Counted from the stretch's first letter, positions 27,964 through 37,956 are shown. The stretch: 64,000 nt of DNA from Minisyncoccota bacterium (GCA_041661305.1 JBAZUR010000001.1:167077-231076), one strand, 5' to 3'. Program-made: numbers and translations. The notes: generated by a model not told the origin, from the letters alone.

Positions 27964-28596
27964 ATGATAATCGATAAAAAATGTAAAGTTTGTCGCCGTG
28001 CTGGAGAAAAACTCTTCCTTAAAGGAGAGAAGTGTTTTACGCCTAAGTGTGTTTTTAATAAGAAACCCTATCCACCAGGCAAACTAGACTCAGAGAGAAA
28101 GCACAAATCAACCCTTACTGAATACGGACGACAGCTTCGCGAGAAACAGAAAGTTCGCAATATTTACGGAGTAAGTGAAAAGCAGTTCTCTAATTACGTG
28201 AAGAAGGCAACGTCCACAAAGGCAGGAAGTCCAGCCGAAAGACTTTATCAGAGCCTAGAAAATAGACTTGATAACATTACTTTTCGTCTTGGTTTATCAA
28301 AATCAAGAACAATGGCTAGACAGATGGTTTCTCATGGACATATCACAGTAAATGGCACGCGCTCAATGATTCCATCACGAGCAATTAAGATTGGAGACGT
28401 TATTGGTGTTCGCGAAGGAAGTAAGGGAACCAACCCAATAATTGAGGCCACAAAGAGAATGGAAGATCATAAAATACCAGGATGGATTGCCTTTGACGCA
28501 AAGAAAGGAACGTCTGAAATAAAGAATTTACCAGCGGAGAAAGATAAAGACATGACAGTCAATTTGAATTCTGTTATTGAATTTTATAGTCGTTAA
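27964..28596 (+). CDS. rpsD: 30S ribosomal protein S4.
   Basis: Zn-ribbon CKVCRR...C..PKC. S4 domain RLDNITFRLGLSKSRTMARQMVSHGHITVNG. Confidence 0.95.
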   Translation: MIIDKKCKVCRRAGEKLFLKGEKCFTPKCVFNKKPYPPGKLDSERKHKSTLTEYGRQLREKQKVRNIYGVSEKQFSNYVKKATSTKAGSPAERLYQSLENRLDNITFRLGLSKSRTMARQMVSHGHITVNGTRSMIPSRAIKIGDVIGVREGSKGTNPIIEATKRMEDHKIPGWIAFDAKKGTSEIKNLPAEKDKDMTVNLNSVIEFYSR

Positions 28597-28621
28597 TAAT
28601 TATAAATTTAAAAGAAATATT

Positions 28622-29587
28622 ATGTCTGACCAAAATATAATTTTACCTTCAAAGCCGAAAGTTATTTCGGAAGAGGGAACAAGTGCTGTTTTTGAAATCG
28701 AGGGTCTTTACCCTGGCTACGGACACACGCTTGGTAACTCACTTCGCCGAATAATTTTATCTTCGCTTCCAGGCGCGGCTATTACGTCACTCAAGATTGA
28801 TGGTGTCAGTCATGAATTTTCAGTTATTGACGGAGTTAAAGAAGATGTTGTTGGGCTACTCTTGAATTTGAAAAAAATTCGCTTTAAGTTACTTACAGAC
28901 GAACCTCAGAAAGTCGAACTCTCTGTCAAAGGTCCCAAGGTGGTTACAGCAAAAGATATTACAACCCCTGGTCAGGTTGAGGTTTTGAGCGAAGATGCTT
29001 ACATCGCAGAGCTTGTCGGAAAAGGTTCATCTTTGACTATTGAAATGACTATTGAAAAAGGCCTCGGTTATGTTCCAAAAGAGGCAATTCACAAGGATAA
29101 GGTTGATATAGGTAACATTGCCGTAGATGCCATTTTCACCCCAATTCGTCGTGTTAATTACGAAGTTGAGAACATGCGCGTTGGTGATCGTACAGACTAC
29201 AATCGTCTACGTATCTTTATTGAGACCGATGGTACCTTAACTCCACGAGAGGCTCTTGAGAATTCAATTGAAGTTATGATTTATCAACTTAAAGCTGTTG
29301 TTGGTTTTAAGGAACCTGAGGCAGAAATCGAAAGCAAAGCTATTTCTGGTGGAGCTCACGACGAAGAAGGAGAAAAGGACCAGGATGATGATGTCATGAA
29401 GACGCGTATCGAAACTCTTGATTTTTCAACTCGAACGTTGAATGCTCTAACTAATGCAAATATCCGAACAATCGGAGGTTTGGCTAGAAAGAAGAAAGAT
29501 GATTTACTTGAAGTCGGCGGTTTAGGAGAAAAAGGAATCCAGGAAATTAAGCGTGTACTCGGTAATTTCGGAATCACACTAAAATAA
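28622..29587 (+). CDS. rpoA: DNA-directed RNA polymerase subunit alpha.
   Basis: GYGHTLGNSLRRIILSSLPGAAITSLKIDGVSHEFS. C-terminal domain (LDFSTRTLNALTNANIRTIGGL). Start placed at the internal ATG (MSDQNI) rather than the 28577 ORF-track start that overlaps rpsD. Confidence 0.9.
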   Translation: MSDQNIILPSKPKVISEEGTSAVFEIEGLYPGYGHTLGNSLRRIILSSLPGAAITSLKIDGVSHEFSVIDGVKEDVVGLLLNLKKIRFKLLTDEPQKVELSVKGPKVVTAKDITTPGQVEVLSEDAYIAELVGKGSSLTIEMTIEKGLGYVPKEAIHKDKVDIGNIAVDAIFTPIRRVNYEVENMRVGDRTDYNRLRIFIETDGTLTPREALENSIEVMIYQLKAVVGFKEPEAEIESKAISGGAHDEEGEKDQDDDVMKTRIETLDFSTRTLNALTNANIRTIGGLARKKKDDLLEVGGLGEKGIQEIKRVLGNFGITLK

Positions 29588-29590
29588 AAC

Positions 29591-29947
29591 ATGCGTCACC
29601 ATAATGCCAACAGAAAATTCGGTCGTGTAAGAAAAGTGAGGAAAGCACTTATGCGTTCTCTTGCACTTGCGCTTATTGTTCGTGGAAAAATAAAGACCAC
29701 GGAAGCAAAAGCAAAAGAGCTTCGACCATATATCGAAAAGTTTGTTACGAGAGCAAAAAAAGATACACTTGCTTCACGCCGTCTTGTCGGGGCAGAATTT
29801 TTCAATAGCACAAAAGAAGTTCAGAAACTTTTTGAGGTTATTGCTCCGAAATATACAGAAAGACCAGGTGGCTATACTCGCATAACCAAACTTTCTACAC
29901 CGAGAAAGGGGGATGCAAGTAAGCTTGCTGTTATTGAATTTATATAA
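29591..29947 (+). CDS. rplQ: 50S ribosomal protein L17.
   Basis: MRHHNANRKFGRVRKVRKALMRSLALALIVRGKIKTT. Confidence 0.95.
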   Translation: MRHHNANRKFGRVRKVRKALMRSLALALIVRGKIKTTEAKAKELRPYIEKFVTRAKKDTLASRRLVGAEFFNSTKEVQKLFEVIAPKYTERPGGYTRITKLSTPRKGDASKLAVIEFI

Positions 29948-29949
29948 AT

Positions 29950-30300
29950 ATGACTATGAAATACACAATTGATGCATCAGGAAGAACGATAGGTAGAGTC
30001 GCAGCGGAAGCGGCGTCAGTACTTATGGGTAAAAACACAACATCTTTTGTGCGTAATAAGGCGCCGGAAATATCTGTTATGGTCACTAACTGTGGAAAAG
30101 CAAAGGTTACAGAAAAGAAACAAAAGCAAACATTATTCCACACATACTCTGGATATCCAGGCGGTTTGAAAGAGAAGCGATTGGAAGAAGTTGCAGCAAA
30201 AAAAGGAATGAGGGAAGTTATGTTGATCGCGATTACTGGAATGCTTCCAAAAAATAAGTTACAGGCTGTGATGTTAAAGAACTTGATTGTTACCGAATAA
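29950..30300 (+). CDS. rplM: 50S ribosomal protein L13 (short form).
   Basis: GRVAAEAASVLMGKN...YSGYPGG...MLPKNKL. Confidence 0.9.
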   Translation: MTMKYTIDASGRTIGRVAAEAASVLMGKNTTSFVRNKAPEISVMVTNCGKAKVTEKKQKQTLFHTYSGYPGGLKEKRLEEVAAKKGMREVMLIAITGMLPKNKLQAVMLKNLIVTE

Positions 30301-30304
30301 AAAT

Positions 30305-30727
30305 ATGGAAACTACAACAACAAAAGCAAAAAAGGAAGGTCGTTACATTGAGACTGTTGGTCGTCGCAAGACATCATCAGCCCGTGTTCGTGTGACCCCA
30401 GCGTCTAAGCTAAACGTTATTGTTAACGACAAGGACTATAAAGAATATTTTCCTACAGAAGATATGCAAGGGATTATCACAGACGCTTTCAACAAAGCAA
30501 AACCACTAGAGAAATATTCTGTTACAGCTCTTGTAAAAGGTGGTGGTATTCATTCTCAGGCCGAAGCAGTGAGACATGGTATTGCTCGAGCACTCTCAAC
30601 AACTGACGAAGAGCTAAAGACACGATTGAAGCGTCTCGGTTACCTAAAACGTGACCCTAGAATGAAAGAAAGACGAAAGTTCGGTTTGAAGAAAGCTCGA
30701 AAGGCTCCACAGTGGTCAAAGCGTTAA
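30305..30727 (+). CDS. rpsI: 30S ribosomal protein S9.
   Basis: VGRRKTSSARVRV...KRDPRMKERRKFGLKKARKAPQWSKR. Start placed at the internal ATG (METTTT) just after the rplM stop. Confidence 0.9.
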   Translation: METTTTKAKKEGRYIETVGRRKTSSARVRVTPASKLNVIVNDKDYKEYFPTEDMQGIITDAFNKAKPLEKYSVTALVKGGGIHSQAEAVRHGIARALSTTDEELKTRLKRLGYLKRDPRMKERRKFGLKKARKAPQWSKR

Positions 30728-30786
30728 TTTTCTCTCGGCGAATCTACTTGTATACTTTGGTCCATAGCTATTAATAGTGCTTTAAG

Positions 30787-31371
30787 TTGTTTAAATTTAT
30801 GACAGATGAAATAAACGAAAACAATATTATAGATGAAGACTTTGCTTTTGAACCCGATGAGAGCGAAGGAGAGCTTTCTGTCTCAAAACAGAAAATCAAA
30901 GATCTTCGCGACAAGCTGAGTGTTGCTCTAAAAGAGCGAGATGAGTATCTCGCAGGGTGGCAGAGAGCGAAAGCGGATTACATTAACGCCCGCAAAGACG
31001 AATTGAACGCGCACTCGAATGCATCCAAGGTTGCAAACGAACGAACGATTTTGGAAATAATTCCGGTACTCGATAGTTTTACGTTGGCATTTGCAAATAA
31101 AGAGGCATGGGAGAAAGTTGATGAAAATTGGCGACGTGGGGTGGAATACATCGCGTCACAACTAAAAACAGCCCTCACAAATATTGGTATGCAGGAAATA
31201 GGTAAGATTGGAGAACATTTTGACCCGAATTACCACAATGCTGTAGAAAATATTCCAACTGATAGTAAAGAATTAGATCACACTGTCGCTGAAATAATTA
31301 AAAATGGATATTTTTTTGAAGGAAAGGTGATTCGGCCATCTGAAGTGAAAGTTTTTATTTTTAAGGAGTAG
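30787..31371 (+). CDS. grpE: Nucleotide exchange factor GrpE.
   Basis: GrpE coiled-coil plus C-terminal beta domain (EIIPVLDSFTLA, HNAVENIPTD, EIIKNGYFFEGKVIRPSEVKV). Confidence 0.85.
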   Translation: MFKFMTDEINENNIIDEDFAFEPDESEGELSVSKQKIKDLRDKLSVALKERDEYLAGWQRAKADYINARKDELNAHSNASKVANERTILEIIPVLDSFTLAFANKEAWEKVDENWRRGVEYIASQLKTALTNIGMQEIGKIGEHFDPNYHNAVENIPTDSKELDHTVAEIIKNGYFFEGKVIRPSEVKVFIFKE

Positions 31372-31389
31372 TTTGAAAGTAAAATAAAG

Positions 31390-31417
31390 TTGACAAACAG
31401 AGAATATTGGGTATAAT
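31390..31417 (+). promoter_or_regulatory. Candidate sigma-70 promoter for dnaK: TTGACA-N16-TATAAT.
   Basis: TTGACA at 31390-31395 and TATAAT at 31412-31417, about 45 nt upstream of the dnaK ATG. Confidence 0.5.
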
Positions 31418-31462
31418 AATGTAAATTAAAAATATTTATTTAATAATTTTTACAATAAAAAT

Positions 31463-33382
31463 ATGGGAAAAATAATTGGTATCGACTTGGGAACAACAAA
31501 TTCGGCTGTCGCCTTAATTGAAGGTGGCGTCCCAAAAATAATTGAAAATATTGAAGGAAATCGCACTACTCCTTCTGTTGTTGCGCTTGCAAAAAATGGC
31601 GAGCGTCTTGTTGGCTTGCTCGCCAAGCGCCAAGCAGTCACCAACCCAGAAAATACTATCTACGGTATTAAGCGTCTTATGGGTCATCGTTTTGATGACG
31701 AAGAAGTTAAGCGCGACAAGAAGTTTTCCTCATACGCAATTGAAGCTAACGAAGACGGTGGGGTTAAGGTAAAGATGGGTACAGATTTTTATCGTCCAGA
31801 GGAAGTTTCAGCAATGATTCTTCAGAAAATAAAGAGTGATGTTGAAGCAAAAATAGGTGAACCAGTAACAGAGGCGGTTATCACCGTACCGGCTTATTTC
31901 GACGACTCACAACGCAAGGCAACAAAAGATGCCGGGAAGATTGCCGGACTTGATGTTAAACGAATCATTAATGAGCCAACAGCAGCAGCTTTGGCATATG
32001 GTTTTAATAATAAAAAAGACGAAAAAATAGTTGTTTATGACTTCGGTGGTGGAACTTTTGACGTTTCTATTCTTGAAGTTGGAAATGATGTTATTGAAGT
32101 AAAAGCAACTGATGGTGACTCACATATGGGTGGTGAGGATATCGACCAGAAGATTGTTGCTTGGATTGCAGAGCAATTTAAGAAAGAAAGTGGTATTGAT
32201 ATCACAAAAGATGTTTTGGCACTTCAGAGATTGAAAGAGGCTGCAGAAAAAGCAAAGCACGAGCTTTCAACAACAACAGAATCGGAAATAAACATTCCGT
32301 TTATAAGTTCAGATGCATCTGGCCCAAAACATCTTCTTCTTAAGATGTCCCGTACAACCCTTGAAGAACTTGCTCGCGAGTTTATTGATCGCTCGATTGA
32401 AATTACAAAAAGAGCTTTTGAAAAATCTCCGGTTAAGATGAATGAGATTAATGAAATAGTTATGGTTGGTGGACAAACTCGTATGCCTGCCATTATTGCC
32501 GCTGTTAAAGAATTGTTTGGTAAGGAGCCAAACCGCTCAATAAACCCAGACGAAGTTGTTGCAGCTGGTGCAGCCGTTCAAGCGGGCGTCTTGCAAGGAG
32601 ATGTTCGCGACATATTACTTCTAGACGTTATTCCATTATCGCTTGGCATTGAGACATTTGGAGGTGTTGCTACAAAGTTGATTGAAAAGAACACAACTAT
32701 CCCAACATCAAAGTCACAAGTTTTCTCTACCGCTGCCGACAACCAAACATCAGTCGAGATACATATTGTCCAGGGCGAGCGTCCAATGGCCGCCGACAAC
32801 AAGTCATTAGGAAGATTTATCCTAGATGGTGTTCCACCAGCACCGCGTGGTATGCCTCAAGTAGAGGTTGCCCTTGATGTTGATGCAAACGGAATTCTAA
32901 ATGTTACAGCAAAAGAGAAGACGAGTGGAAAAACTCAAAGTATTCGCATCGAGGCAAGTTCCGGTCTAACAGACGCAGATATTGAGCGAATGACTAAAGA
33001 AGCGGAACTGCACGCAGATGAAGATAAGAAGAAAAAAGAAATTGCCGATACAAAAAATGACTCAGAAATATTAGTTTATACTGCCGAGAAATCACTTCGT
33101 GATGCTGGAGATAAGGTACCAGCTGATATTAAAACAGCGGTAGAAGCAAAAATAGCAGAGCTAAAATCTGTTAAAGATGGTACAGATATCGAGGCAATTA
33201 AAAAAGCCTCATCAGAACTTTCACTCGAAATGCAAAAAATAGGTGAAGCAATGATGAAGGCACAGCAGGAAAGTGGAGCAACGGAAACTCCTAAAGAGGG
33301 TGGAAGTGGGGCACCTGAAGAGAAGATTCATGACGCAGATTTCAAAGAAGGGGAGAATCCAGACGCCAACAAAACAGCCTAA
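31463..33382 (+). CDS. dnaK: Chaperone DnaK (Hsp70).
   Basis: [35 protein letters not shown]. Confidence 0.95.
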   Translation: MGKIIGIDLGTTNSAVALIEGGVPKIIENIEGNRTTPSVVALAKNGERLVGLLAKRQAVTNPENTIYGIKRLMGHRFDDEEVKRDKKFSSYAIEANEDGGVKVKMGTDFYRPEEVSAMILQKIKSDVEAKIGEPVTEAVITVPAYFDDSQRKATKDAGKIAGLDVKRIINEPTAAALAYGFNNKKDEKIVVYDFGGGTFDVSILEVGNDVIEVKATDGDSHMGGEDIDQKIVAWIAEQFKKESGIDITKDVLALQRLKEAAEKAKHELSTTTESEINIPFISSDASGPKHLLLKMSRTTLEELAREFIDRSIEITKRAFEKSPVKMNEINEIVMVGGQTRMPAIIAAVKELFGKEPNRSINPDEVVAAGAAVQAGVLQGDVRDILLLDVIPLSLGIETFGGVATKLIEKNTTIPTSKSQVFSTAADNQTSVEIHIVQGERPMAADNKSLGRFILDGVPPAPRGMPQVEVALDVDANGILNVTAKEKTSGKTQSIRIEASSGLTDADIERMTKEAELHADEDKKKKEIADTKNDSEILVYTAEKSLRDAGDKVPADIKTAVEAKIAELKSVKDGTDIEAIKKASSELSLEMQKIGEAMMKAQQESGATETPKEGGSGAPEEKIHDADFKEGENPDANKTA

Positions 33383-33385
33383 TAT

Positions 33386-33423
33386 CATGAAAAAGACCAC
33401 CAATTTAGAGGGTGGTCTTTTTC
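33386..33423. terminator. 18-bp perfect inverted repeat (ATCATGAAAAAGACCACC / GGTGGTCTTTTTCATGAT) with a 9-nt loop, T-run on the plus strand and A-run upstream; strong, possibly bidirectional terminator after dnaK.
   Basis: Inverted repeat read directly. Confidence 0.7.
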
Positions 33424-33599
33424 ATGATTAATATCTTCACCTTTATTTGTTTTTATGTATAATTCCGTATAATCAATCCCGTACGAAATCATGAAGTTAT
33501 GTTTACGGGATAAAAACAAAATTAAGTAGATTGTTAAGAAAAGAAAGATTGTATTAAAATTAACTAAGGAAACGTCAGACGTTTCTAATTTCTAACGGG

Positions 33600-34679
33600 A
33601 TGCAAAAAGATTACTATCAAATTTTGGGTGTTGAGAGAAAAGCGTCGAAAGATGAAATAAAAAAAGCTTTTCATAAACTCGCCCACAAATATCATCCCGA
33701 CAAAAAAGGAGGTGATGAAGCGCGCTTCAAAGAGGTGAATGAGGCATACCAGGTTCTTTCTAATGAAAAGAAGCGTTCAGAGTATGACACATATGGGCAG
33801 GTGTTCAGCGATGGAAGTGGCCCACAACAAGGAGCCAATAATGGGTTCCAAGGGTTTGATCCATCACAGTTTGGCGATTTTGATTTTAGTAACGCGGGTG
33901 GATTTGGCGACATTTTTAGTGAAATTTTTGGAGGTGGGCGAGGTGGGACACAAAGTCGTCGCGGTTCAGATATTTCAATTGAAATTACTATTAATTTCGA
34001 TGACTCAATTTTTGGAACTACTCGAAAGGTTTTAATAACAAAGCGCTCCTTGTGTGATGTTTGTAAGGGTAATGGCGAAAAACCTGGAACCAAGCGCAAG
34101 AAATGTGAGACCTGTAACGGCCAAGGAAAAGTTCGTGAGACAAAGAAATCCTTTATTGGAGTGTTCACGAGTGTTCGTGAATGTGACGCGTGTGCTGGGT
34201 CTGGAACAATCCCTGAAGATAAGTGTTCGGGCTGTAAGGGTCAGGGTGTTTTGAGGAAGCAGGAAGAAATTTCTATTCACGTTCCAGCTGGCATTGAAAA
34301 CGGAGAGATGATTCGTCTTTCGGGAATGGGGGAAGCGGTACAACGTGGTATTTCTGGTGACTTGTATGTAAAGATAAGCGTTCTTCCCCATAAGTCCCTG
34401 AAACGTGAAGGAAATAATCTAACAATGAATCTTGATATTAAGATGACGGAAGCATTGCTTGGTGGTGAACGCTCCATCGAAACACTAGATGGAAAGATTG
34501 ATCTTAAAATTCCAGAAGGGGTGAACACTGGAGAAGTTTTACGTCTTAAGGGTAAAGGTGTTCCAATGGGGAATAGCCAGAGAGGAGATTTGTTGGTAAA
34601 AATAAAAGTTATTCTCCCTCAAAAACTTTCCAAAAAAGCACGCGGAATAGTTGAGACGCTTAGAGGAGAAGGAATGTAA
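33600..34679 (+). CDS. dnaJ: Chaperone DnaJ.
   Basis: J-domain (DYYQILGV...HPDK). G/F region. Four CxxCxGxG zinc-finger repeats. Confidence 0.9.
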   Translation: MQKDYYQILGVERKASKDEIKKAFHKLAHKYHPDKKGGDEARFKEVNEAYQVLSNEKKRSEYDTYGQVFSDGSGPQQGANNGFQGFDPSQFGDFDFSNAGGFGDIFSEIFGGGRGGTQSRRGSDISIEITINFDDSIFGTTRKVLITKRSLCDVCKGNGEKPGTKRKKCETCNGQGKVRETKKSFIGVFTSVRECDACAGSGTIPEDKCSGCKGQGVLRKQEEISIHVPAGIENGEMIRLSGMGEAVQRGISGDLYVKISVLPHKSLKREGNNLTMNLDIKMTEALLGGERSIETLDGKIDLKIPEGVNTGEVLRLKGKGVPMGNSQRGDLLVKIKVILPQKLSKKARGIVETLRGEGM

Positions 34680-35323
34680 TGAAAGATTTTTTACCACCAC
34701 TTCTTTTGCAGAAAATTGTTTGGATCCCAACTAGGCTTTTTTTAATTTTTTTTGCAAAACTTGAGGTGCGTGGTTTAGAGAATCTCGAAGGACTAAAAGG
34801 TAAAGTTGTTTTTGTTAGCAATCATAGTAGTGAACTTGACCCAATTTTACTTCCAGCTGCCCTGCCTTTATTTTCCCCTCTTTCGCCAATTTTTTATACC
34901 TCAAGAGAAAAAGAGTTTTATGAACGTCACTCGTTTTTAAAATGGCTTTTCTATCGCGAATGGTTTTTTGAAATTTGGGGGGCGCATCAAATTCAGGTTG
35001 GGAAACATGACTATGAGAAATCTTTAGAAAAGCATAAGGAAATTTTGAATAGTGGTGGCTCTCTTTTTATTTTTCCCGAGGGACGGAAAACAACAGACGG
35101 GAGCATTTTGCCTGCTCATGGTGGTGCCGCATATCTTGCGAGGGCAACTGGTGCTCCAATTGTTCCAACTTCAATTAGAGGAGTTTTTAAAATAAAGCTA
35201 AGAGATTTTCTTTTAAGGCGCGCCAAGATTGTCCTTGTTTTTAGTGCTCCAATAATCCCGCTTAGTGACGATTATAAAGCTGAGGTTCAAAAAGTTATGG
35301 ATATCATAGCCAAGAATCTTTAA
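34679..35323 (+). CDS. 1-acyl-sn-glycerol-3-phosphate acyltransferase-like (PlsC family), copy 1.
   Basis: Acyltransferase blocks (VFVSNHSSELDP, FIFPEGRKTTDG). Start ATG overlaps the dnaJ stop (ATGTAATGA). Confidence 0.75.
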   Translation: MKDFLPPLLLQKIVWIPTRLFLIFFAKLEVRGLENLEGLKGKVVFVSNHSSELDPILLPAALPLFSPLSPIFYTSREKEFYERHSFLKWLFYREWFFEIWGAHQIQVGKHDYEKSLEKHKEILNSGGSLFIFPEGRKTTDGSILPAHGGAAYLARATGAPIVPTSIRGVFKIKLRDFLLRRAKIVLVFSAPIIPLSDDYKAEVQKVMDIIAKNL

Positions 35324-35333
35324 TTTAAAAACC

Positions 35334-35624
35334 ATCGAAACAAAAAAATTTCAACGGAATATTGAGGATTTTATCTGCAGTGAATGCAGTTTTTCTGTTG
35401 AGGGTAATGGGTACACAAACCATTGCCCCAAGTGCTTATGGAGTAAACACGTGGATATAAATCCAGGTGATCGCGAGTCTGAGTGCTTAGGCGCCATGGA
35501 GCCAATAGGAGTGGAACTTAAAGCGGGGGATTATGTGATCACACATCAATGTGTTAAGTGTAGTTTTGTTCGAAAAAACAAAACCACAAAAGAAGATGAT
35601 TTTAGGGTGATATTAAGCCTATAG
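35334..35624 (+). CDS. RNHCP-domain small protein. The start is uncertain: no in-frame ATG, GTG or TTG after the upstream stop at 35307-35309. The frame reads ...ETKKFQRNIEDFICSECSFSVEGNGYTNHCPKCLWSKHVD...CVKCSF...
   Basis: Hand-translated frame with the TNHCPKCLWSKHVD motif and paired Cys. Absent from the ORF track because no canonical start exists. Confidence 0.45.
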   Translation: METKKFQRNIEDFICSECSFSVEGNGYTNHCPKCLWSKHVDINPGDRESECLGAMEPIGVELKAGDYVITHQCVKCSFVRKNKTTKEDDFRVILSL

Positions 35625-35654
35625 TTAATTTAGTAACGATAAACAGACTTTTGT

Positions 35655-36977
35655 ATGATACAAGTTATTATAGAAAAAAGCGGAGAGAAGATATCTTTTG
35701 ATATCGATACTAATTTTCGTACTGCAATTTTAGGAGAAAATGGTATCGGTAAAACAAGTATTCTTGAAAGTATTACACTAAAGTCTTCAAAAAATGATTG
35801 GTTAACTGTTCATGTTCCAGAGCGAGTTAAGATAGTTTTTCTTTCCCAAATTGAAACTAATACAGGCCTTGTTTCTGGTGGAGAACATATGAAAAAAAGA
35901 CTTGAGTATCTTTTTTCCCAAAAAGCAGATCTCTATGTATTAGACGAGCCAACAAATAATCTCGATGAGAAAAATATTTCTTGGCTTAAAAAACATATTG
36001 TTGAAAACAAATTATCAATTATATTTACTAGTCATAATATAAATTTTATTGACGATTGTGCAGAAGTAATATTTTACCTAGATTCTAAAGGTGTTGAAAA
36101 AACAAAAGAACGATGTTCTTTGTATTTAGTATCGCGTAAAAAAAAGATTGAAAGAGAGTTTTTAATGTATGATATCGCTATTAAAAAACAAGAAGAACTT
36201 AAAGATGCTGCCCGAAAAGCAAAACAACACAGCGAGGCTGGAGAAAAATGGAAGGGAACAGATAACGACAAGTATTTAAGAGGATTTAATAGAAATTCTG
36301 CTGGTAAAGGAGCGGCCACGGCAAGAATGCTTGGAGAAAGGGCAGAAAAAATAAGCGTTGAAAAACCACAACATGACCCCATTCCGAAAGCCCTGTTTTT
36401 GGACTTAGGTTTTGTCGGTAATTTATTTAACTTACTTTCTACATCTTTATCGCAAAAAAGAATTAGTCTTTTAGTAAATAGCGGAGATAAAATTCTTATT
36501 ACTGGACCAAATGGTGTCGGAAAGACCACCTTTCTCGATTATTTAGTAGGTCTTTTAAATGGTCTAGCGCAAAAAAGTGAAGATATGTTTAATCGTGGCG
36601 GTAAATTTTCATATTATTATATTTCACAAAATTGGTATGAAAATTTAAATGACCAGACGGTAGGAGAATACCTAAAAAACTTTGGTTTAAATGAGGCAGA
36701 AATCTATAGGTCAATTTCTTTTAATCATATAGACAAGTCTATTTTAAATAAAAAATTTAAGAATGTATCACCAGGGATAAGAATTAAAGTTCTTTTAGGG
36801 GCTCTTTCTTGTAAAAAATTAGATTTAATAATTTGGGATGAACCAACAAACCATCTTGATGTTATGACTCAATACGTCTTAAGGGATGCACTTCTAAAAT
36901 ACGCTGGATCTCTTATTCTTGTTTCGCATGATAGATTATTTTTGGACGATAGTTCGTTTACCCGTGTTACGTTGTAA
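35655..36977 (+). CDS. Minimal ABC-F family ATPase (two tandem NBDs, no TM domain, no NBD1 arm).
   Basis: Walker A GENGIGKTS and GPNGVGKTT. Q-loop VFLSQ. Signature VSGGEHMKKRL. ABC-F-type Walker B/D-loop LDEPTNNLD and WDEPTNHLD. Inter-NBD linker CSLYLVSRKK. The second signature is degenerate (VSPGI). Confidence 0.7.
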   Translation: MIQVIIEKSGEKISFDIDTNFRTAILGENGIGKTSILESITLKSSKNDWLTVHVPERVKIVFLSQIETNTGLVSGGEHMKKRLEYLFSQKADLYVLDEPTNNLDEKNISWLKKHIVENKLSIIFTSHNINFIDDCAEVIFYLDSKGVEKTKERCSLYLVSRKKKIEREFLMYDIAIKKQEELKDAARKAKQHSEAGEKWKGTDNDKYLRGFNRNSAGKGAATARMLGERAEKISVEKPQHDPIPKALFLDLGFVGNLFNLLSTSLSQKRISLLVNSGDKILITGPNGVGKTTFLDYLVGLLNGLAQKSEDMFNRGGKFSYYYISQNWYENLNDQTVGEYLKNFGLNEAEIYRSISFNHIDKSILNKKFKNVSPGIRIKVLLGALSCKKLDLIIWDEPTNHLDVMTQYVLRDALLKYAGSLILVSHDRLFLDDSSFTRVTL

Positions 36978-37012
36978 TAAAATGTTTAAATTAACATATA
37001 CAAGTAGCCTTT

Positions 37013-37841
37013 TTATGAGCGCTCCTTTATAAGCTTGTATAACAATGGACGGATAGTCGTAATATCTTTATGGAACGACAAGTGACCAAGCGGTAGTTTG
37101 TGGATAGCAATACCATATTTTTTGCAAATAGTACTCAGTTCCGAAATTTTAATTTGATTATCTTCTTCTCCCGCAACAACAGTACATTTTGATGGGTTAA
37201 ACATGGGATCCTTTGAAAGCATGTCGAGAGATATTAGTTCATCACTCAAGAGTTTCTTCCAGTTTTGGTTAGAATATCGATAGGCGCCACTAAATGCTTC
37301 TTTTATAAATGAATCCAATGTCTCTATTCCTGGTACTTCCGACATGGAATAGGCCGGGGATAGTGCAATCACAGACGTAATATCTTCACTGAGGCTAGTA
37401 TTAAGAGCAACCAACCCCCCCCAAACTAGACCCTAGAACCAACACGCGATTAACGTTAAAATTTTTCCCCTGCAAGACTACTCCACTTTTAAGACTGTGC
37501 GCTAATTTTCGAATATCTTCCGCTGGGTTATGGTCAAGAAACTCACCACCCGATTCCCATGTTCCTTTAAGTCTTGGGTAAAAAGCTGCATACCCCCACG
37601 AACATAAAAGATTGAGGAATGATAAAAGTTCTGGTGTGCGTGGCAAACCATCAAGAACTATTATTGCCAAGTTATAATTTTCCGGAAGACAATATTCGAA
37701 GACAACATCATCGATTGACCCGCATTGCAAACGTTCCTTTTCTCTTGAAGGTAGGATGCGGGATGCAAGGTTCTCCTTAAAATATTTAACAAGTTTTTTA
37801 GAAATACTTTCAATGACAGTGAGGTATGAATTTTTTACCAT
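37013..37841 (-). pseudogene. Alpha/beta-hydrolase (GxSxG, dienelactone-hydrolase/peptidase-like) split by a +1 frameshift inside a G8 homopolymer (minus strand; C8 on plus at 37415-37422).
   Basis: ORF 37401..37841 ends ...LVLGSSLGGVGCS*. ORF 37013..37414 begins (TTG) LVALNTSLSED. Deleting one G restores a continuous ...GSSLGGLVALNTS... nucleophile-elbow sequence. Confidence 0.65.
37415..37422. repeat. C8/G8 homopolymeric tract at the frameshift site.
   Basis: ccaaCCCCCCCCaaac read directly. Such tracts are rare in this AT-rich context. Confidence 0.8.
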
Positions 37842-37956
37842 ATTTAACTATTGTATCTCAATATTATTTTTACCAAAATAAACACAAATTTTTATATTTA
37901 CTCACAAACAATACTAGTATCAATGACATTTTGTTTTATACAATATCTTTTTTGCA

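Noticed and set aside
28577-28621. ORF-track start for rpoA at 28577 (MNFIVVNNYKFKRNIMSDQ...).
   Set aside because: This start overlaps the end of rpsD. The conserved RpoA N-terminus begins at the internal ATG (MSDQNI, 28622), so the 5' extension is read-through.
30728-31462. CIRCE/HrcA operator upstream of grpE or dnaK.
   Set aside because: No match to TTAGCACTC-N9-GAGTGCTAA in either leader. Only a sigma-70-type promoter was seen upstream of dnaK.
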